Shown here: in pieces, positions 7,111 through 8,739 of the stretch | How positions within the stretch are numbered: position 1 is the first letter of the stretch | Layout: each line of letters begins with the position of its first letter | From: a virus | Lineage: Duplodnaviria > Heunggongvirae > Uroviricota > Caudoviricetes | IMG/VR virus record: IMGVR_UViG_2681813233_000012 | Coordinates: 1 to 8,739 of that record | Direction: 5' to 3' (one strand) | Length of the DNA: 8,739 nt | Position numbers and translations under genes: made by a program | Notes under the pieces: generated by a model | What the model was told of the DNA's origin: nothing | Databases searched by the model: none | The model's input: only the letters and a program-made list of their open reading frames with translations

Positions 7111-7405
7111 CATATGCTCGCTCTTTGGTGGTTTGCAGAATGGAAGGCGAGTTGAGGATAAGGCGATATCGTAAATCATCAACTCCTCACCTGGAGGAAT
7201 TGCAGACGGGGAGGCGTAAAAGATACCAGTGCACGATGACGGAACTAGCCCGGATGCGATCTTTGGGATGTTCACCTACATCATCCACGATGTTCGCTCT
7301 GACGAGTTCGACGACTTTCTGGTGATGTGATGGGGCATGGATGAGGAAAACATTATCGAAAACAACCCAAAACAGATGGAGTTGAGAGGTGTCTTGCACC
7401 ATTTC

Positions 7406-8560
7406 TCACAACTTACCATCAAGCCAGTCTGCCCACCACTGCATCATCTCCCTGCGCTTATCCATGTACTGAGCGTGATTGTATATCCCACGAATGGAGC
7501 CGCTGTTAGCGTGCGCCAGTTGCTTCTCTATGGCATCAGCAGGCCACTCGTGCTCATTCATTATTGTGCTGAACTGGTGCCGGAAACCATGTCCACTGGC
7601 GAGGCCCTCGTAGCCTATCTGCCGAATAACCAGCAGAACGGCGTTTTCACTGAGCGGCTTTGTTTTGTCATTGCGCCCGGCGAACACGAAGCTTGATATC
7701 GGCTGCGTTACCGGCCTCAGGGTTTCAAGCAAAGAGACAACTTGATCTGACATTGGGACAAGGTGGGGGCGGCGGCCTTTCATCACCTCTTCGGTGATCG
7801 TAATCGTCCTGGTTTCGAAATCGACGTTCGACCATTGCATAGACCTGAGTTCTTTAGTCCTGAGCACGGTGTACTGCAATACCTGCGTCGCAATCTTCGA
7901 TACGATGCTGCCAGAGAAGCCAGCCAGAGCCTTATTGAATTCCGGTATCTGGTCTGCAGGAAGGAAGGGGTAGTTCTTTTTCCGGTATCCCTTCATGGCA
8001 TCAGCAAGGTCAGGAGCCGGGTTATATTTCGCTCTCCCGGTAACTATCGCGTACCTGAATACTTCCCCGCACCTCCTCCGCGCCTTATTGGCCCGCTCCA
8101 TTGCTCCACGGTCTTCGAACCTGCGGATCACTTCCAGTATCTGCATTGGTTCTATCTCGTTAATCTCCATCCCGCCAATCAACGGCAGAATGTCATCCTG
8201 GAACATGCGTGACAGTTCGGTGCTGTACACTTCTGACCATACCTGTTTTTTGTGCTCGTACCATTCTTGGTATATAGAGCCGAAAGAGTTGTCTTTAACT
8301 GACAGTTTTTTAGCCTTTACAGGATCGACGCCGAGAGACACATCCTTTTTGGCAAGCCAAGCTTTGTCTCTGGCTTCCTGCAATGACATGAGCGGGTATT
8401 TGCCTACCGTCAGAACCTTCTCTTTACCATCGAGCTTGTAACGCAGCTGCCAGACTTTCTTTCCGGTAACCGGAACATAAAGGTACAGTCCGTTGCTGTC
8501 GAGTAGCCGGTACGGTTTATCTTTCGGCTTTGCCGCGTCGATCTGCTTGATGGTGAGCAT
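7406..8560 (-). CDS. intS: Tyrosine integrase, P4/IntS-type (site-specific recombinase with N-terminal arm-binding domain), 384 aa
   Basis: N-terminus MLTIKQIDAAKPKDKPYRLLDSNGLYLYV is typical of P4-family integrases. Catalytic-domain motifs HGFRHQFST (HxxR) and a C-terminal Tyr region (IRGIYNHAQY). It sits next to the 3' end of an argW-type tRNA in the same orientation, as for IntS of the E. coli K-12 CPS-53/KplE1 prophage. The symbol is assigned by this context and recalled similarity, not by a search. Confidence 0.9.
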   Translation of the reverse strand: MLTIKQIDAAKPKDKPYRLLDSNGLYLYVPVTGKKVWQLRYKLDGKEKVLTVGKYPLMSLQEARDKAWLAKKDVSLGVDPVKAKKLSVKDNSFGSIYQEWYEHKKQVWSEVYSTELSRMFQDDILPLIGGMEINEIEPMQILEVIRRFEDRGAMERANKARRRCGEVFRYAIVTGRAKYNPAPDLADAMKGYRKKNYPFLPADQIPEFNKALAGFSGSIVSKIATQVLQYTVLRTKELRSMQWSNVDFETRTITITEEVMKGRRPHLVPMSDQVVSLLETLRPVTQPISSFVFAGRNDKTKPLSENAVLLVIRQIGYEGLASGHGFRHQFSTIMNEHEWPADAIEKQLAHANSGSIRGIYNHAQYMDKRREMMQWWADWLDGKL

Positions 8561-8585
8561 GGGTAAAATTCCGGAGGGTAAAATT
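8561..8585 (+). repeat. Two direct copies of GGGTAAAATT (8561..8570, 8576..8585) abutting the int start codon
   Basis: Exact 10-bp direct repeat separated by 5 bp (CCGGA). On the - strand it reads AATTTTACCC-TCCGG-AATTTTACCC-ATG. Confidence 0.6.
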
Positions 8586-8595
8586 ATTTACTCGT

Positions 8596-8625
8596 TTTTT
8601 ACCCGCCGAAGCATGCGGCTGTCAA
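8596..8625 (-). promoter_or_regulatory. Candidate sigma70 promoter for int (-35 TTGACA, 18-bp spacer, -10 TAAAAA)
   Basis: On the - strand, TTGACA (8620..8625) and TAAAAA (8596..8601) are separated by 18 nt, ~35 nt upstream of the int ATG. Confidence 0.35.
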
Positions 8626-8634
8626 CGTTCTATT

Positions 8635-8714
8635 GCGAACTATGGCGAACTAATATTTTATTGAGAGCTTGCTGTGTAAGGGATTTTGCGAACTACTGCG
8701 GAGAGTGGCGAACT
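8635..8714 (+). repeat. Four direct copies of GCGAACT (8635..8641, 8645..8651, 8688..8694, 8708..8714): candidate integrase arm-type binding sites in the att region
   Basis: Heptamer repeated four times in the same orientation, in two pairs, between the tRNA 3' end and the int promoter. Arm-type sites of P4/lambda-family integrases are short direct repeats in this position. Confidence 0.5.
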
Positions 8715-8720
8715 GTGAAA

Positions 8721-8739
8721 TGGTGTCCCCTGCAGGAAT
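8721..8739 (-). tRNA. argW: 3' end of a tRNA-Arg gene (argW-type, anticodon CCU), partial: only the last 19 nt including CCA are in the window
   Basis: Reverse complement of 8721..8739 is ATTCCTGCAGGGGACACCA, which matches my recollection of the 3' terminus (T-arm, acceptor stem, CCA) of E. coli argW. The gene continues beyond the window end. Confidence 0.6.

Larger units (their letters stand above)
1..8739. mobile_element. Integrase-proximal end of a prophage (virion structural gene, tailspike, accessory module, integrase, att) integrated at tRNA-Arg; extends beyond the left edge of the window
   Basis: Gene content and order: structural protein, tailspike, AT-rich accessory genes, tyrosine integrase, then tRNA 3' end at 8721..8739. 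This is the typical layout of temperate enterobacterial phages, with conversion genes between tail fibre/spike and int. Confidence 0.8.

Noticed and set aside
6974-7402. Small ORFs 6974..7174 (+), 7062..7325 (+), 7039..7275 (-) and 7187..7402 (-) in the spacer
   Set aside because: Mutually overlapping, no Shine-Dalgarno sequences, Arg/Ser/Pro-rich translations and no motifs I recognise. Not called as genes, but the region is flagged as a finding.
7340-7405. Intrinsic terminator immediately downstream of int
   Set aside because: Only a weak 4-bp GGTG/CACC stem with a nearby T-rich run on the - strand; not convincing enough to annotate.
7337-8441. ORFs 7337..7696 (+), 7763..8212 (+) and 7995..8441 (+) opposite the integrase
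   Set aside because: Antisense to a clearly intact integrase with catalytic motifs; shadow ORFs.
1-8739. CRISPR arrays, rRNA genes, insertion sequences or transposase genes
   Set aside because: No regularly spaced repeats, no rRNA-like conserved stretches, and no transposase-like ORFs or terminal inverted repeats were seen.

Overview
This window reads as the integrase-proximal end of a temperate phage (prophage) integrated at an argW-type tRNA-Arg gene. On the + strand: a complete 608-aa virion structural protein gene (40..1866), an intrinsic terminator, and a 791-aa tailspike gene (1923..4298) whose C-terminal third is a complete SGNH-hydrolase (esterase) domain. Convergent on the - strand: an AT-rich two-gene module made of an MBOAT-family membrane O-acyltransferase (5422..6859, split by a frameshift near 6338..6357) and a membrane-anchored SGNH/DltD-like partner (4333..5412). 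Then a ~0.5-kb spacer without a convincing gene, an IntS/P4-type tyrosine integrase (7406..8560), and an att region with direct repeats ending in the last 19 nt of the tRNA at the window edge. The main candidate for something new is the MBOAT plus SGNH-like acylation module sitting in the classical lysogenic-conversion slot, next to a tailspike carrying its own esterase domain. All calls come from reading the sequence and translations and from recalled family motifs; no database search was run.
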